64,000 nucleotides of DNA, from contig DF237266.1 of NCBI GenBank assembly GCA_000708835.1, positions 39,314 through 103,313 on the forward strand, written 5' to 3'. Origin of the DNA: Klebsormidium nitens (taxonomy: Eukaryota > Plantae > Klebsormidiophyceae). Below are positions 1-14,529 of this stretch, in pieces (the stretch's first letter is position 1; each line of letters begins with the position of its first letter). The notes under the pieces are model-generated. The model saw only the letters and a program-made list of their open reading frames with translations. It was not told the origin of the DNA and made no database searches. A program made the position numbers and the translations under genes.

Positions 1-3000
1 ACAGCAGCATACCGAAAAGACTCCTGCAAATGCACACAGGTTGAAAAGCGGCTTTTAAAGGTTTACTAGAACTTCGCTGGAATTTCAAGCATTGATTTCA
101 AATCTGACGAGGGATTCGGCATCGAGTGTGCCGGGGTCTAGGTTTGAAGGGACCATCACGAGAGGGCGGACAAAGATGGGATGCATTGACAGCACCAGGG
201 GAGTGCGCGCACCAACAATGAGTCGCAGCTCGAACGGGCGTGCAAGAAGGAACGCATCTTCATGCCCCTGCTGTCACCATTGCTACTTTGAGACGGGCTG
301 AACATCACCGCAACAATCTGGGCGAAGAGGGAAGTTTCTCAATCTAGTAATAAACCAACAAGACATCCTAAGCAGCCTGTACTGCTTTCAAAAGATGAAT
401 TGAATTCAGGCTCGCGGCTTCTGGTAGTTACGACAAGAAAAGGCTGCAAGATGCAAGCCTCACCTCTTCCGTCCCACGACGTCAATCATCAGCGCGGCAA
501 TGAGCGTACCAGGGAACTCAGCACAGCTGCACAAGACGCGCGATAAAAGAATAATGAAAGCTCGGAATGCGAGATTCTCGCAGTTGTTGAAGTAACTCGT
601 CGTCCAAACAAAGGCACACAAAACCGCATGTTATGCCAGGCACTGAAGCACGTAATCAACATCTTCGGCGCCCAGAATCCGAACGAAGTACCTTGTAATC
701 AGCACGTCCCGGTATGCAGAGTTGTCCATGATCGGTAGGCCCTCTGCGCTGCATTGGACCTGCTTGCTGTCCTGCCCGCAATCCTCCCCAGTCGTACCAC
801 TCAACCCGGGCCGCTTTGACCCGATCTGGGTCGTCAAAAGCACAAGACCTGACGACGTGCAAAAGTGAATACTCGTGAGCGAGTCAGCAACGTTGGAGTT
901 GGACAAGAAGGAGGCTGAGGCCAACGAAACCAACGGGGTGGTTGACGGGGGCCAATTCTATAATCGAAAAACCCAGCCGTGCTTTGCAATCTTCATGCCC
1001 GTTGCCGCTGCAGGAGTGGAAAGAGGTTCTCTCTCCTTCGAACGTTTTTGAGACGGATCTTTTATAGAAGTCTCGATTCCGTCTGGTGATGATGGCCCAG
1101 AAAGATCGTGTCGTACCAGCACACGTTTCAACTGAACGACTCGAAGAAACCGGGTACCCGTACTCCGAAGTGAACTCGGTGCAAAAAAGGCGGATTGCCG
1201 CTCGCAAAATGCTCACCGTAGTATGTGAATGCGCACGCGAAAAAGACCAGCCACAGAATGACGGTGGATCTCCATAGGGACGGGCTCAACAGGTCCCTTA
1301 GCAGCGCCGCTGCGTCTGCGAGGGGCCGCTTCTGAGTGGTCCGCTTCTCATCCTCGTGTCCCCCAGGGGCCGGAATCTTTTGATACCCACTCACCCTCCG
1401 CTTCTGGGGCGATAGATTCCCTGCACGGGAGATGCACCAACTTATATACGGGAACGGATGTAACTAGGGGCGCGATGACTGAGAAGCGCCGAGGCACAAC
1501 AAAAACTCGTCAAAAATGGGAGAGTGAAGGACTGAAGCGAAACGTACAGAAGAGTGGAGGCAACAAGGTTGACAAGAACCGAAGAGGTTCCTCTTGCGGG
1601 CAGCGCTGACTGGGCGAGCTCGGAAACGACGCAAAATCAACATAGTCAGTCGTGCATGCAATCTGCTTGACTACTTGCCCCTGCTCATAGAAGCCATTGC
1701 TTCTTGTCAGCGATTCGCAACAAGCACAAAGAAAACGCATTTACCAGATTTCCAGTCCGGAGAGCAACAGCTTTTGAAGGAGGACACGCATGCTTTTCAA
1801 AGGGTGATTCCTCACTTTCAAAGACGGACTGGGGCACTGTACCGGGCACCTCCGTCGGGTGCTCGGGGGAAGGCCGGTCCTTAGGATGGCTGTGAACAAG
1901 CCGGCCAGGAGGCAGGCTCTTTCTATTTCTAACCGCCATCCGTTGCAACACAGCAAGTGACGACTTTTCTCGTCCCTTGACCTGGATGTTGAAAAAATCA
2001 CCATCGGTTCTTTCGAGATAACGGGAAGCCAAATGAAGAGGCTTGAATGTTTCGTCAAGAAGGTTCCTCTGGGTTGCGGCTTATCAAACAATCTCATGAA
2101 TGAACGTCTCCTCCAGATTCATTTCGTTGCTGAGTCCTCGGCGGTCGCTTTCTCGAGCCGACTTGGGCCTAAAAGAAGGTGAGTAGCTTAGCACCCTACG
2201 TCAAAATTGTTGCGCTTAGACTTAATGCATCCGTTCAAACAAACATCTGAATGGAACAAGGTCATACCGCAAGAAGAGCGCAAGGAGCATGTTTGCAGCA
2301 GCCATGAGGGCATCCCAATAACCACCAAGAAGCTGCTGGTGGGGCCACAATTGTGACAGATAAACGACTGGCTTACCATCAAATAGCGGGGCGACTCAGG
2401 GAGCACTGGATAAAAGATGAGGAGGAGAAGAAATGGGGTGGCAGAGAATGCAACCAGCCACCTGTACACGAGGGGACAGGTGTCAACATGCTGAGGGGGA
2501 AAGTAGACTTGTGAGTCCTGAAACGGCCGTGATAGTCCAAAAATTGACTTGCCTAGCTGTACGAAACATTCAGGCAATTGCATCGTGATGGCAAGTAAGA
2601 ATATGCATAATCTTTTGTCGATGCAAGCAGGACAACCGCGGATTCCGAAAGTGTCGGCTTACGTGTGTCCGAGATTAGGGGCCAAGCTCCCTGATATAAA
2701 GAGCTGTCGGGAAGGCGGATCAGGAGACTGGCAACATCTCCAACTCTGATACATTTTTGCATATCGGATCATCACACTTGTCCCCTCTTCGATTAACAGA
2801 ACGCGTAAATGAGATGAATCAGTGACCAGAATGGCCTTGACCAAGTGTCGCTGTGCGAGATGCAACCTTTGGACCTCAGTTTCGCCTCCAAAACCCTGTT
2901 GGTCAGCCAAAGTCAGTCTCACTTTGTTGCAACTTGGGACTTCCGATGCACAGAGCATGAAAAAACCGTCGCGCGTGTTCTGCTGCCCTTGTCCTTCTGA

Positions 3001-5332
3001 TTCAATCTCTCAATCATGCTTGCAGCTCTTAGGCCGTTTGACTACTCCGGACAACTAAAATGGTCGGAGTAGTCAACTTTCCATCGAACAGAGGATTGAG
3101 AATCGCAGCGCTCGTGGGTTCTGAGCGTCCGTCGAACTCAAGTGGAAAAGGGTAACCAAACAATAAAGACCTCGTACTCACCTCCATTGGAGGGTGGGCA
3201 TGACGATCCACGCCAGCAGAGCCTGCGCAACCGAGCCAATCTGCAGACAAGACGGGAGCTGCGAGCATGACTACAAGTCGAACGAAGTAACGTACGAGGG
3301 ACCACTCGAGGACTGTCAACTTCTGTACGTCAAAGGGGATTAGTAGGACGATAAGAACAACGGAGACAGTCGGTGAATCCGGGAACAACGAACAAATATA
3401 CGAAATGTTGCTCCGCTGAGATGAACCTAGTTGCTGAGTCAGAAATGTGGAACGCGGCAATCTGTACTTCATAGGATGCAGAACACGATGCGATCCTCAT
3501 TTGAATAGGAAAGGCCACTCACCGTCCAGAAGAATTCGACACACACTAGCCAGAAGCCCCTTCTTGACGACGGAATGAATTCCATGAAGAGAGAAAAGAT
3601 TACACTCCCGCCCCCCAATCCAAACCCTACCAACGCCCGGGACACCAGTAGGAACCAGTAGGCGGGCGAAACGGCACTGCAAATAGATGTGAAATCTTCG
3701 ACACCGAGCTTAAAAGCGTGATTGAACGGGTTGGTTCATTCTAATACTCTCGCAAACTTCCGATCTGGACAAAATTGGATCCTTCCATCAAAGGAAAGGA
3801 CGGAAGGTTGCCTTGCATTCGCAAGATGCAACTCAACAAGATATCGAACATTGGAAAACTATGAAAAGCTTCCTGACCTTTTTTGTGATTTCGTGATTCG
3901 GATAGACGAGTTGGGAACAATTGACTCGTACTCACCTAAGGAGCCCAAATACGAGAGTGAATACAGCGGTCGCGAAGAAGCCAACTCGCCGCCCCCATTC
4001 ATCAGAGACGATGCCCCAGCAGTTCGATCCCCTGTAAGCAAGAGGATTAGCATCGTCTCTTCCTGTCAGGCACAAGGACACGGATCCCACCTCGAAAGCT
4101 GAACAATTTGGCAGTTTGAGATGTTCGGGAAGAAAGCTCCACTCTCATCATGGATGTCTGTCACGACTAGAAATATTTGCGCCAGAATGTGCCATAACTG
4201 GCAAAAGCAGTGGCTGGATCCTCTACCACCATGGTCAGAACGTTCTCGAAGTAACTGCTGGAGCTCCTCTTGATCACTCACAGGAAGACGCCTAGGAATA
4301 CTGCGCTTGATATGGCCCCTTCTTGAGCAGGGCTTAAGTGCCATTCGCACCGAGCCTGCAGGACATGTACCACTTGTGAATGTTAACATGCTTTTGTTCA
4401 AGCCCGATGAGATTGACCCAGCCTAAAGTAAAAACGCGGAAGGGAAATTTTCACAGCAGTAAAACCCACTGATATTTGCAGAGAGTCAGCAGTCCTCTTT
4501 TATGGAAGCTGTCTAAGAAGATTGACTTCTCCTCAGGCTAAGAAACAACTGGCAACGTGATCATATTGACCGAGTCTGCGCGAGGCAAACATAGAGTAAT
4601 CTGTACAGCAACGCTTGTGGTGCGTCAGGTAACAAGCTGCCCCTGAGCCAGTCAGGTGGACTGGTACAAGAGCATAAAGACATGGTTTGTATAGCTCACA
4701 GCAGGTCCCACGTATGATAGGAGGATCATCTCGCACGCATCTGCCAGCCATGCTGTGCCAGTATACAGAAGCAACATAGTATGGAATGGTCCAAAGCCTG
4801 CACACGCGGACTCTACATCAGTACACGCCAGAGTCTTGAGTCCAGGTTTGTGAAGGGCTGATGATCAAGCAGAAATAGCTGACCAGATTCGTGCAATGCA
4901 AAGTGCCCCTTTTCCCATCGGTCAGCTGAAGCGAGCTCAGGTGTCTAGGTACAGTGAGTCTAATCAAACATAAGATCTGTAGCGATTTTCTGAAACCTGA
5001 ACATATTATCATCTCACTCCCGCAGTTCAGAGTTCCTGCTGCAAGTCAAGGCACTCTAAGGCTGCTCACACAACCAGCCGGGGTGGAACCTTGTCACATC
5101 TCTCACTTTATCCAGGATCCTCAGATTATTGTTGGGTCTGCAGAGACATTAGCTGGGGCTTACCAGAAGCTTCAATGGCATCCTCCACAGTGTACACCCC
5201 AGCGCTGTCTTCGTCTGTGGGCTGTGCAATTCCCTGTTCTGCTTCATCCTCTTCTGCTATCTCAAGCCTGCCGTCAACCATGGCGGCAGTCCTCGTGGTC
5301 TCTATCTCTAAATAACTAGCTGGGGGTGCCAT
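1..5332 (-). CDS. MFS transporter, SV2-related (SVOP)/plant organic cation-carnitine transporter 7-like; multi-exon, 3' end runs off the left edge of the window
   Basis: Exons read in frame across GT-AG junctions: MAPPASY...YTVEDAIEAS (from 5332), GFGPFHTMLLLYTGTAWLADACEMILLSYVGPA (~4800-4700), AVSPAYWFLLVSRALVGFGLGG (~3670), WLVAFSATPFLLLLIFYPVLPESPRYLMV (~2460-2370), LLSPSLWRSTVILWLVFFACAFTYYG (~1300-1220), LVLLTTQ...YRDVLIT (~850-700), CAEFPGTLIAALMIDVVGRKR (~528-464), SLFGMLL (23-1). These match SVOP/OCT7 motifs. Confidence 0.9.
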
Positions 5333-6290
5333 TGAAGAAGCTTACTAAGGTCCTTAAGCCTTTGCTACTGAACAAGGTCATCTTTTGGTGGAAAGCTTGG
5401 AGAACCAACAAAAGTCTCTGCCAGACAGATTCTATGGGTCACCCTTTTGTACAAATTGACAGTTATCTGTATTCTGACCAGTTTCAGAGGACAGCAATGC
5501 ATCTAAAATTTTGAAAGCTCAACTGGGGGCATCGCCACTCTGGCACTCTTAGCGACACTGAGTCAAGGGGCAGTATGATCAATTGTGAGGAAAGCAATCA
5601 AAGTCTTCAAGGCAGAGATGCAGCAACACAAACAACTTGTGGAGAGCGGCAATCCGTCCAACTCAGAAAGTCAACTAACACTGTCTGCAGTAGAATTCCT
5701 CACTTCCTTCATTCAGCTCCAGAAGCGGCGCCAATCAGTCTGAATGTATAGGCACTTAATGCCCGTCATTCCCCCGTTCTTTCCCACTGAGCCAGCAATG
5801 AATTTGAAGGGGAAGGCCCCTTATTGAACAATCTGCTGCTTTTCGTCAGGGCTGTCTAACTCTAAGCTTAGCTAGCACCTCCCAGCACCTCCTGTTTCCT
5901 CAAAAGTTGTATCGTCTGCACTAACTTAGTTGTGCCATTGGAAGTTGTGCCCCAGGTTCCAACACCTAAGAAACAAACCAAAAAATTGGAGATTGATTTC
6001 AAAATCCAGGTAATTCGGATCTCAAATAACCACGATCAGCTTCATCATCGGCAACGTTGACTGTTGCGGTTTAACGGAGATTTGACTCTGAAAACAAAGT
6101 TCCGAATAAGTGGTGAAAATCTGATAGCCATATGATATTGCCTGGCTTCTGTCAGGCATAAGCGGCTGGGAACTCGTGCCGAGGCGAGCTGCATGGTTCT
6201 TGTCAATGGGATGCTCACTTGCATGGCATCGAAGGCTTCAACTTCAAGTTCAAGGCTGGCGTGAGAACGTGAAGACGACAGGGGGATGCA

Positions 6291-9200
6291 ATGGCGGCTC
6301 ATGCTGTTAAGCTGCAGGGCTTCGCGACCCCGTCTGGTCTAACTACCACCAGAGCTGCTTCCTGGAGGGAATGTCAGAGGACAAAGTTGGTGGCAACCCG
6401 CCCAGGCCAATATCTGCATAAAGGTAGGACAGAACGATGATGAAATGGCAATCTGTGCGTGCTGCTTGTTGCCTTTCTTCGGCGCGAGGTGTGCTGCATT
6501 GAAGGTTGCGATTATCCAGAACAAGGGTGGTAGTTTGGGTAGCACCACCGCCACCATCAAAATGAAAGTGCGCACCACATTGTCCAAGGTTGGAGATGAC
6601 TCAAAACATCCAGCATTGCATCTTCACCGTATGAATTGATTTTGGAAAAAGTATCTCTTCAGACAGTGCTGGCCAGGCCAGACAAGGAGCAGAGGGTCAT
6701 AAAGCCTGGTCCTATGAAGTGTTGAGGTAGTGAAGGTGGAATCTCCTCTTCTTGCAAAGATTATTAACAGGGTGCTCCACAGGGTTCAAATGTGTCCCTC
6801 CATTAAGAGAGCAGTGAGTCAATGACCGAAAATATGTGACTTCCTTTTCAAATACAGGAGAGACCCGGGGCAAAAGAGTAGCGGATGGAGCTGCCCGCTG
6901 TTGTAAGCAGGATGAGCAGGCAAAAGCAGAAGGTCATCAGAAGGCCGGCAGAAGGGATGTGCTTCTAGCAGGGGCTGCAGCGCTTGTGGCAGGCACAACG
7001 CTGCCGCGCGTGGCCCGCTCGGAAGATGCGCCAATTGTTGAGGGTGAGGAGAAATTGGCAGAAGCTGGAGGGGCAAGGTGGCTCTGGCTTTCTAGACAAT
7101 CCAGTCTATCTTTTGACGAGAACAAGCTTTCCTCTGTGGATCGACGTTGAGCTTTCTCTGAAAGCTGACTCGTTAAGAGACCTTTCAGCACATTCTTGCA
7201 GAGGTGCATCAGGCGGCAACTGGCTTTTTGCTCCAGTGATTGTTTTTACCTCACCTCGATCAGTCAAGCGAGATAATCCCAAATATTGCGCAGAACATTG
7301 AGCCAGTTTCTTCTTGTTTGCACCCTGCAGCACCTAAGAACGTGTTTGGCCTTGGGGAGTCCCCCCCAATTTCCACAACCGTTGTTGAAGACACCTACAG
7401 ATTTGGTGTGTTGAAGGACGATCTGAACGCGTATCAATTCAAGTACCCTTTGGAGACTGCAAAGAAAAGGGAAACATTGCCATGGTGAGACGTTGCCTCA
7501 ATCTTTGATACATTGAGGCTGGACTTTGTGCAGAAGGACCGCTAAAGGTGGTGATATGTGTCCAGGTGACTTTGATAGGTGACCCTTTGCTTTCGTTTGT
7601 GCTCTCTCTTCCACACAACAAATAACTGCAGTGCTAGCAAATGGTTGGTGCAATCGTGATTAGTGTAAATATCTTCCACACAGATGTGCACAGGGCCCTC
7701 AACCGATACTCACTTGCCCTCGATATCTATGGGCCCAACCGTGCCTGTCTTTGAGGCTGGATCAATCTTTGAAGCTGGATCGATCTGCTCACTGAGATCA
7801 CCGTTACCTGAAGACCTTCCCAGCACGGCTACTGTGACTCTCGTTGCCCGACGCCCCTTTAACGAAAAGCATCCTTGAAAATCCACAGCGTGCCCTTTGT
7901 CGAACAAGGTCAGATCATTTGCTTCTTGACTGTCCCTCCTGTTTTTCTGTGCGCAGGGTAGAGACGCGCGCACCTGAGCGGTACTCCTCCGCTGCGCCCA
8001 TCTCTTCGGACGCCCGCCAACGCATCGTGAGTGAGCGGATAGACTTCACCAAAAGTGTCACCTGCACAGTCAGCGTCGGGCCCCCCAGTGAGATCTTCCT
8101 TAAGGGGACGGACCCCACGGGTTGGAAAGCAACGGCCGTGGCAAACTCGGTTCTAATGGTGAGTCTCGACCGGAGATCGAGATGATAATTATGATGACAG
8201 TTTCCTACTCAGGTATGCAGAAGGCCCCCAAAAACTTTCAGGCTGCAGTACGAGACCCTAGCGTATCTGTGACGTCAGCATCAGGTCAGGCAGACCAGAT
8301 CCGCAGTATGAGCGGCTCATCCTTGGTGGTTGCCTGCCCTTAGAGACTTAACTCAAAGACACTCAGGAGCACCCGAAAGCGTGCAAGACGAGCCCTCGAG
8401 CACATCAGCATGTTTCTGTGGAGAAAGAGAGCTGTACAAACTCAGGACTGCAAACGTTTCATCTCTTCAGACTTGTGCAACGAGTTATCCAGTCATCGCT
8501 TCTGAGACTCTTGTTTCATCCAGGACCGCTCCTCGAGGAGAATGTCGCAGGGTCAGCGGACGGCGGAGTCTGAGATAGAAGAGACGAGAACCAAGACGGT
8601 AAGGTCTTTGTCCTGCTCTGTGCGTAGTGTGAAAATGCTGGCAGGTTAACGGAATCGTGTCACAGGTTCAGCGGAGTAAAGCGGAGTCCTTCAGCGGTAG
8701 TAAAGCGGAAGTCAAGGAATATTCCAGCAGGGAAACGACATGGTATGATTTCCTGGGATCGTCCAGGAGCACAATGTAGTGGTTCGCCTCAAAATGCTTC
8801 TGGCCTGGATATAGTGTCCTTTCTAGAAGGTGGATGAGATGTGAAGTGTGCGTGACCAAACACGAAGGCTCAGTATAGAACGGGGGTCGCGAATGTGACT
8901 TGACACCTTGCTTTTTGAGTTTATCAGATCGATGGCGTCCCTTACTTCTTCTACGAACACATACAACAACGATCTCCAACGACCATTGAGAAAAGATCAG
9001 ATACCTTCCGCCATTCATACGCTGTGACGGCGGAACGGGAGGGTAAGTTCTGCAATCCCTCGTCAGTGACTTCACACCGGAGCAGGCATCGTTTTCAAGA
9101 CGCATTCGCTGAAACTAGCCGCATCTTAAAGAGGCAGGACTTACATGGGGTCGTCCGTGCTTTCTTTGAACCCTATTGAAACGTTTTGACAGTCCCGTAT

Positions 9201-9606
9201 CACTTTGTGCAGGGTATCTTTACACTTTGAACATCTCCACGCCCGACGTCTACTGGGAAGACGTGAGACTCTAATCAACATCTCATGGCATCTCATGCTT
9301 TCAGCTTTTTCTTTGTCGAAGCAGCAAGTATTTCAATAAATGGTCTGAGTGAGGCCTATATGCTGGACTGCCTTGTACTGGAAGGAATCGGATGCTGAGC
9401 TTTGCCACAACCTGACGACTTTGACAGTCGGTCCATGTGAAGCGTTTAGTGGAGAAGGCTTGGTCCGTTCCTCCCAAAAATCACTGTACGCCCTTTCGTA
9501 TCCGCAGCTCGAGCCTGTCTTCCGACAAGCAGTAGAGTCCTTCCGTTTACTGCCGCCTACAAAGGATTACGTGCCCCCCTGGAAGGACCCGTGGAGATTC
9601 TGGTAG
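6291..9606 (+). CDS. PPD5: PsbP domain-containing protein 5, thylakoid lumen (transit peptide plus twin-arginine signal)
   Basis: Exon 1 MAAHAVKLQG... (6291-6423); exon 2 has the Tat motif RRDVLL; later exons give DDLNAYQFKYPL, WVETRAPERYSSAAPISSDARQRIVSERID, IDGVPYFFYEH, GYLYTLN and the C-terminus FRLLPPTKDYVPPWKDPWRFW-stop, all characteristic of plant PPD5. Confidence 0.93.
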
Positions 9607-10746
9607 AGCCTTTGGCAATTGGTTGGTTCGCCTCCGAATTCAGGATTGGAGCAAGACATGATGGTCAAGTGCTTGCTGCTCAATTTCAACAACAGCGCGA
9701 GGCCCTGCATTCCTCTCCTGCCCGTTATTGTGCTAATTGATGGCCGTACCGCCGCCAATCCCTTCGCTTCAATTCCTTTTGGTATCCGGAAATTTGTGCA
9801 TATGCTGCACTAGCCTCATGTCGAACTCGATCCAAGCTACACAGCATCCCAGCCACCACTGTCACCAGTGACTGGGTCAAGCTCTAGCCGAACTCATGTT
9901 CATGAGCGAGAATAATCAGTAGTAATGGAACTTCTTCTGCGAGAGCCTGATCGCCGCGCTTTGGGGAGCGGGAACTTGGTCAAAAGGATGAGCCCACTGA
10001 TTGTGCACTGTGATGCATGCAATACATGGCATTGGAATTTGAGTGCCGACATTGAGATATCGAGCGGCCGCAAGTCTGACATTCTGGAACTATATATGGG
10101 ATCATCAGCATAAGCAACTTGATTTGGTAAGGTAGTTAGGCGTTCAAAACCCAAACAATTCCCATGTATGCCATGGAAGCCTATGGCTCATGTGGCTACG
10201 GCGTTTGAAAAGAGAACATCATTGCACATGTTCCTGAGACGCTGCTCACTGCTAGCTAGTACTCTAGCTTTCTGGGCTGCATGACGTTTGGCTTCTTGGC
10301 ATCATCTCTCCAATTATAACATGTGGCCACACACGTATCTTGCCAGCCAGTTGACTGCAAGTGTATCCTGTATACCAACATACATGGATCCTCTGAGGTC
10401 AATGGGCAATCGCGGTGGGTGTCAACACTGAACAATCCACGAGCTCGAGATCGATGGCCGTCCGGAAGGGATCCCTGGACTGACGGGAAGTGCCACGATT
10501 GATGTCCGCGGGAGCCGTTGCTTGAAATACCTTGCGGCAACGGCGGCAAACAAGCCGTTACCCCGAAGGAAAAGAACTAGATGGCGGCGAAGTGGGTCTC
10601 TGCAGCTACGCTGCAATGGCTGCAACTAACAAGTCCAGATTCAATTCCCTCTGGCTGCAGGCAGTTCAATTCCCTGCATCTGGTCGAGGAGAGCGCATTG
10701 AGACCTGACAGGAATTAGAGGAGTGCTGTGGTCATTTGAAGAAGCC

Positions 10747-13726
10747 ATGGACCACAATCGTTGTGTGCCAGCACTCCTGTTCCTTGTTCTCAATTTTGTG
10801 CTTTCAAACAGCTGCCAGGGCACTCCTAATGTGGGTACTAAGCCCCTTCTGCTCGACAACAAGCATGCAGCTTGCAGTGGTGAGTGATGGCAACAAGCAT
10901 CTTGGACTCAAACTTTTGTGCAATTTCGGAGATGGGAAGATGTTAAAGCTGCCTGTTCGCTTCATCTGCTAAAAAGCAGACAATCTAATGGTCCTAAACA
11001 ATGAGCATTCTGTGTTGCCCCATTGCTCGGAACTGCACATCGTGTGCACTCCTGCTATTTATTGGTCAACACAGGGCGCACTGTCTCGCTGGTCCACCAG
11101 AGCTTGGCTAATTCAAAAAGTTTTGTGAAATGTATCTTTTGCCCCAATGTACTGGCCATTCACCTGTAACAAGCGCTCTCTCACTCTGTGTAGAATGTGA
11201 TCAATCTGTATCATCTGTGCAGCCTGCATGGAGATTGCCAGCTTCATAGCTTATGCACTTGAGAACCCCAGCCCCGAGGTGAGTCTGCTATTTTCTAGCT
11301 GCTGTGATCAATGGCCTCCCCTCAGTTTTGTTTTGGTCCTTCACTCTCTGACCGAGAGTACTCAGCAATCTTGCTACATAGTGCTCTGGGAAGAAGGAGG
11401 CGCGCTTCTAACAGCACCATGATTGCTTCTACTAGCCCTGAGTCTAAAAAGGAATGAAAGACGATGTCTGCAAGCAGGTCTCAAGTGAAAGGGAGACTGA
11501 ATGTCACCTAACATCTGGCAGCGGACATCATCGTAAGCAAGTACTTTAACAAGGATCGCTGAATTTTGTCCTGTACGCAAATGGCAAGATACACTCCCCT
11601 CCCTTCGTCCTTGACAGCTGTTGCACCAAGGTCATGTTCAAGATATGGTGGGCGGGAAGCGGGTGCATATACCCTATGTGAAGAGCCAGCATTATGCCAG
11701 CGACCTTCTAGAGGCTGTATGCAATTCATCCGTGGTTGCAAGGCTGGTCAGGTGAGCTTTCACTTGGTTTTACTTTATGCATTCGCCGGTTGTTCTGTTT
11801 GAGAGGGCGTGCCTACAACCAAAGACAAGGGTCAATTCTTTTACGGGATGAAATCGATTCTGGGATCTGTTTTCAGAGTTGCAAAATTGACCCTTGGAGC
11901 CAAAGCTTAAGAGTTATTAAGTCCATCACTTGCTAGACCATATAGCCCAACGGGGTGCCTGAGGCATTCCTTTTGTATCCTGCGCCACTCAGCCGATGCC
12001 TTTCTGTCCTTCTTTTTCATCGCTGGGTATTTTGATGCAAAGCAGTGCATCTGGGGCAGCTCCCATTGTGACCAGAACATTCGATTGAAGCGACACAAAA
12101 GCGTCCGCTGATTGCAGGCACACATTTCGGGCACTCTGTGAGTATCTATACCTTCAAGCAGCGGTTCATGTTCGCTACAACTTCCTGACTCTGAATATGT
12201 CGGTCATAAAGACCGAGATTTGAAACCAAAACCAGACGTCTTGCACTTGATCTGCAGGAAAGAGGATTGGCTGGGGCTGCCCTACTATGCGCCAGACGAG
12301 GTGCCGGTTTACGCAAGGGACGCCCATGTTGAAGAGAGCCTCTTCTCCGCGGTACGTGCTGGCTTGCATTCGTCTAGTCTTAAAGTCTGACGAGAATCGT
12401 ACTGACGTTTCAGGTGTGTTTCGCACTTCGCAGTTCCAGATTGGTCCATCATCATTAAAGACGGCTTCATCACAGTCACACGATAAGGCGAGTGGACAAG
12501 CTGAACTGGTCGTATGACGAAATCCTGCCGGCCTTGTTAAGAGGAGGGGAATGTAGCAACTGCGTTAACAGGCATTTTTTTCTATAACGGTAACCCTCGA
12601 CTGCTGAATAATCTGTTCAGCAGCGTGCCTGGGTGTTTTCTCGAGATCTCAGGAACTTCTCTTAGACGCGGCTTTACACGGAGTTTCTAAAATAGCGCCC
12701 ATGATATGGTTGATTGTCGAACACCTCGGTACGTGATTCCAATGGACAGAGCAGTTGAACTGGGGCCTCAACTTCCAACTCATATATTCGCACACGCATG
12801 CCGAGCCGGTAGGTAGACCATGGTTATTTCGAACCACCCATGGTCCAGACGTTATCATGCAAAGACCCCTCTCTCATTCCACATGACTGATGCTTGCTGA
12901 CTTTTTTAACTGTGCAGTGTGAGAAGCTGACCCACCAGCTGCTTCACCCCGCCCGGGGGATCCCCCGTCTGACCGACATAGTGAAAGCTCACCGAGCTCA
13001 GGGCGCGCCGGCGTTTATTTGCACAAACATCGTCCCAGGTAGGTGTCGCTTGATTCGGCTTAATCAGTTTGTAAACACTCTCATGTTATGCTGTGATTGT
13101 CGCCGTAGCTCGCATGTAGCGTGGCACCAATCCCCTGCATTTCTGTTTCGAAGAAACAAGTCCCCCTATCCCAGCTGCCTGGACCAAAGCAAGACAAGAT
13201 TTCTCTTCACATTGGATAAGTCAGGGAAGAGACGTGGAGTGAGAGATTTTCTTCGCGTTGATTTGTTGTCAGCCCCCGTTGCCCCTCCGAGGTTTGACCC
13301 TTTAAAAGGGCGACGACGTTTTGGTTCAAATCCTTTTCTACAAACCTTAAGGCGGATCTCCTTGCGGCATCTGTCAACCAAGCCTTCTGAGCGACTTCTT
13401 CGCTAGGATTGAGACTAACCAAACTTCTCAGCAGAACTCGTCTGCTTCTCACCGAGAATCTGAGCAAACTTCATGGGGCCTTTCCAGATTGCCGGTGGAA
13501 AGATACATGGAGTGGACGACTGTTTGCCGGAGCCGAGCAAGCATTTGCCCATGATCCAAGCGTGCTCCTTCGACTCGCGCCCTTTGTGACAATAGGTGTT
13601 ACTGTTCCGGTTCTGTTTGGTCTTTCCTTTATAGGACGGGGAGATTCGCAGACGGACACCGGTAATGATGGCGGCACAAAAGCGGTGAGAAAAGGAAAGT
13701 CTCGGACCAAACGGAAACATACCTGA
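10747..13726 (+). CDS. Canopy/MSAP (DUF3456)-like saposin-fold protein with signal peptide, C-terminal TM helix and KxKxx tail
   Basis: Six exons with consistent phases: 10747-10879, 11223-11278, 11618-11751, 12258-12351, 12918-13038, 13488-13726. Product: MDHNRCVPALLFLVLNFVLSNSCQG (signal), ACSACMEIA, GKRVHIPYVKSQHYASDLLEAVC, LFSACEKL, FICTNIVPDC (six-Cys saposin/Canopy pattern), hydrophobic LAPFVTIGVTVPVLFGLSFIG, ending TKRKHT. Confidence 0.75.
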
Positions 13727-14529
13727 GCTGTCAGAAGTGGAGCACCGTTTGTTTGTTCTGTATGTCACACGTCGTTGCATCTTCGGGTTCTGTATGACTT
13801 CAAATCTGGCGCGGCGGTTTTACCGTCAAGACGGAAAACCGATTGCGGCGACTTTCCGCTGTAAAGCGCACATGTGCAAGCATTGAGCGCCAGGCTGGAA
13901 GTTTGCAAGTTGGCCAAGCATGCCAAGTCGATGATCTGAGAGCGCAAGCCAATTATTCGATCTTGAAAAGTCACTATATGAACGTCTTCAATATATGGTC
14001 GCGAAAACATTGCACAGTGCCTTTAGCGCAAATGGGCAGCCCGCGGCGTCTTAGTGTAGCTTCCGACGCACCGGCGCGCTGGGCCATCATGGCATGCATG
14101 CAGTATTGCCGGTCGGCGCCCCTCAAGGATATCTGCCGCGAGGCCGTCACGAGTATATACTGATGGATGGGATCATGTATAACTCATGAGGATTGAAGGC
14201 CTATCTCTGCATGGAGTTTTCATTCTAATTTTCATTCTAATCTAGGGCGGCAGCTGTTGATTGGCCAAACAGTGACAGCTTAATGGCCGCATCAGATTGC
14301 GATATAGTGATCAAGTCCGAGCTAGCAGTCGCTCGAGAGGAACGAACCACGGTCACCGATTGTGCAGATGCCATGGCGATCGACTGATTGGCATGTCAAT
14401 ATTATCCTGACGGTTCACCATGTGCAGAGCTCAGTAGTCAGTGCTGGCAATTCGCGCTTAATTCAACAATGATGCGCTGATGGTGACACTCACGCATGGG
14501 CCTTGCATCCGGCGGCAATCGCACAATCA

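Noticed and set aside
12119-12138. Micro-exon-like stretch (TTGCAG...GTGAGT) in the Canopy-like gene; including it creates an in-frame TGA, raising a selenocysteine or readthrough idea
   Set aside because: Joining 11751 directly to 12258 restores the frame and the Cys pattern with no stop, and no SECIS-like evidence was seen. At most it is a poison exon.
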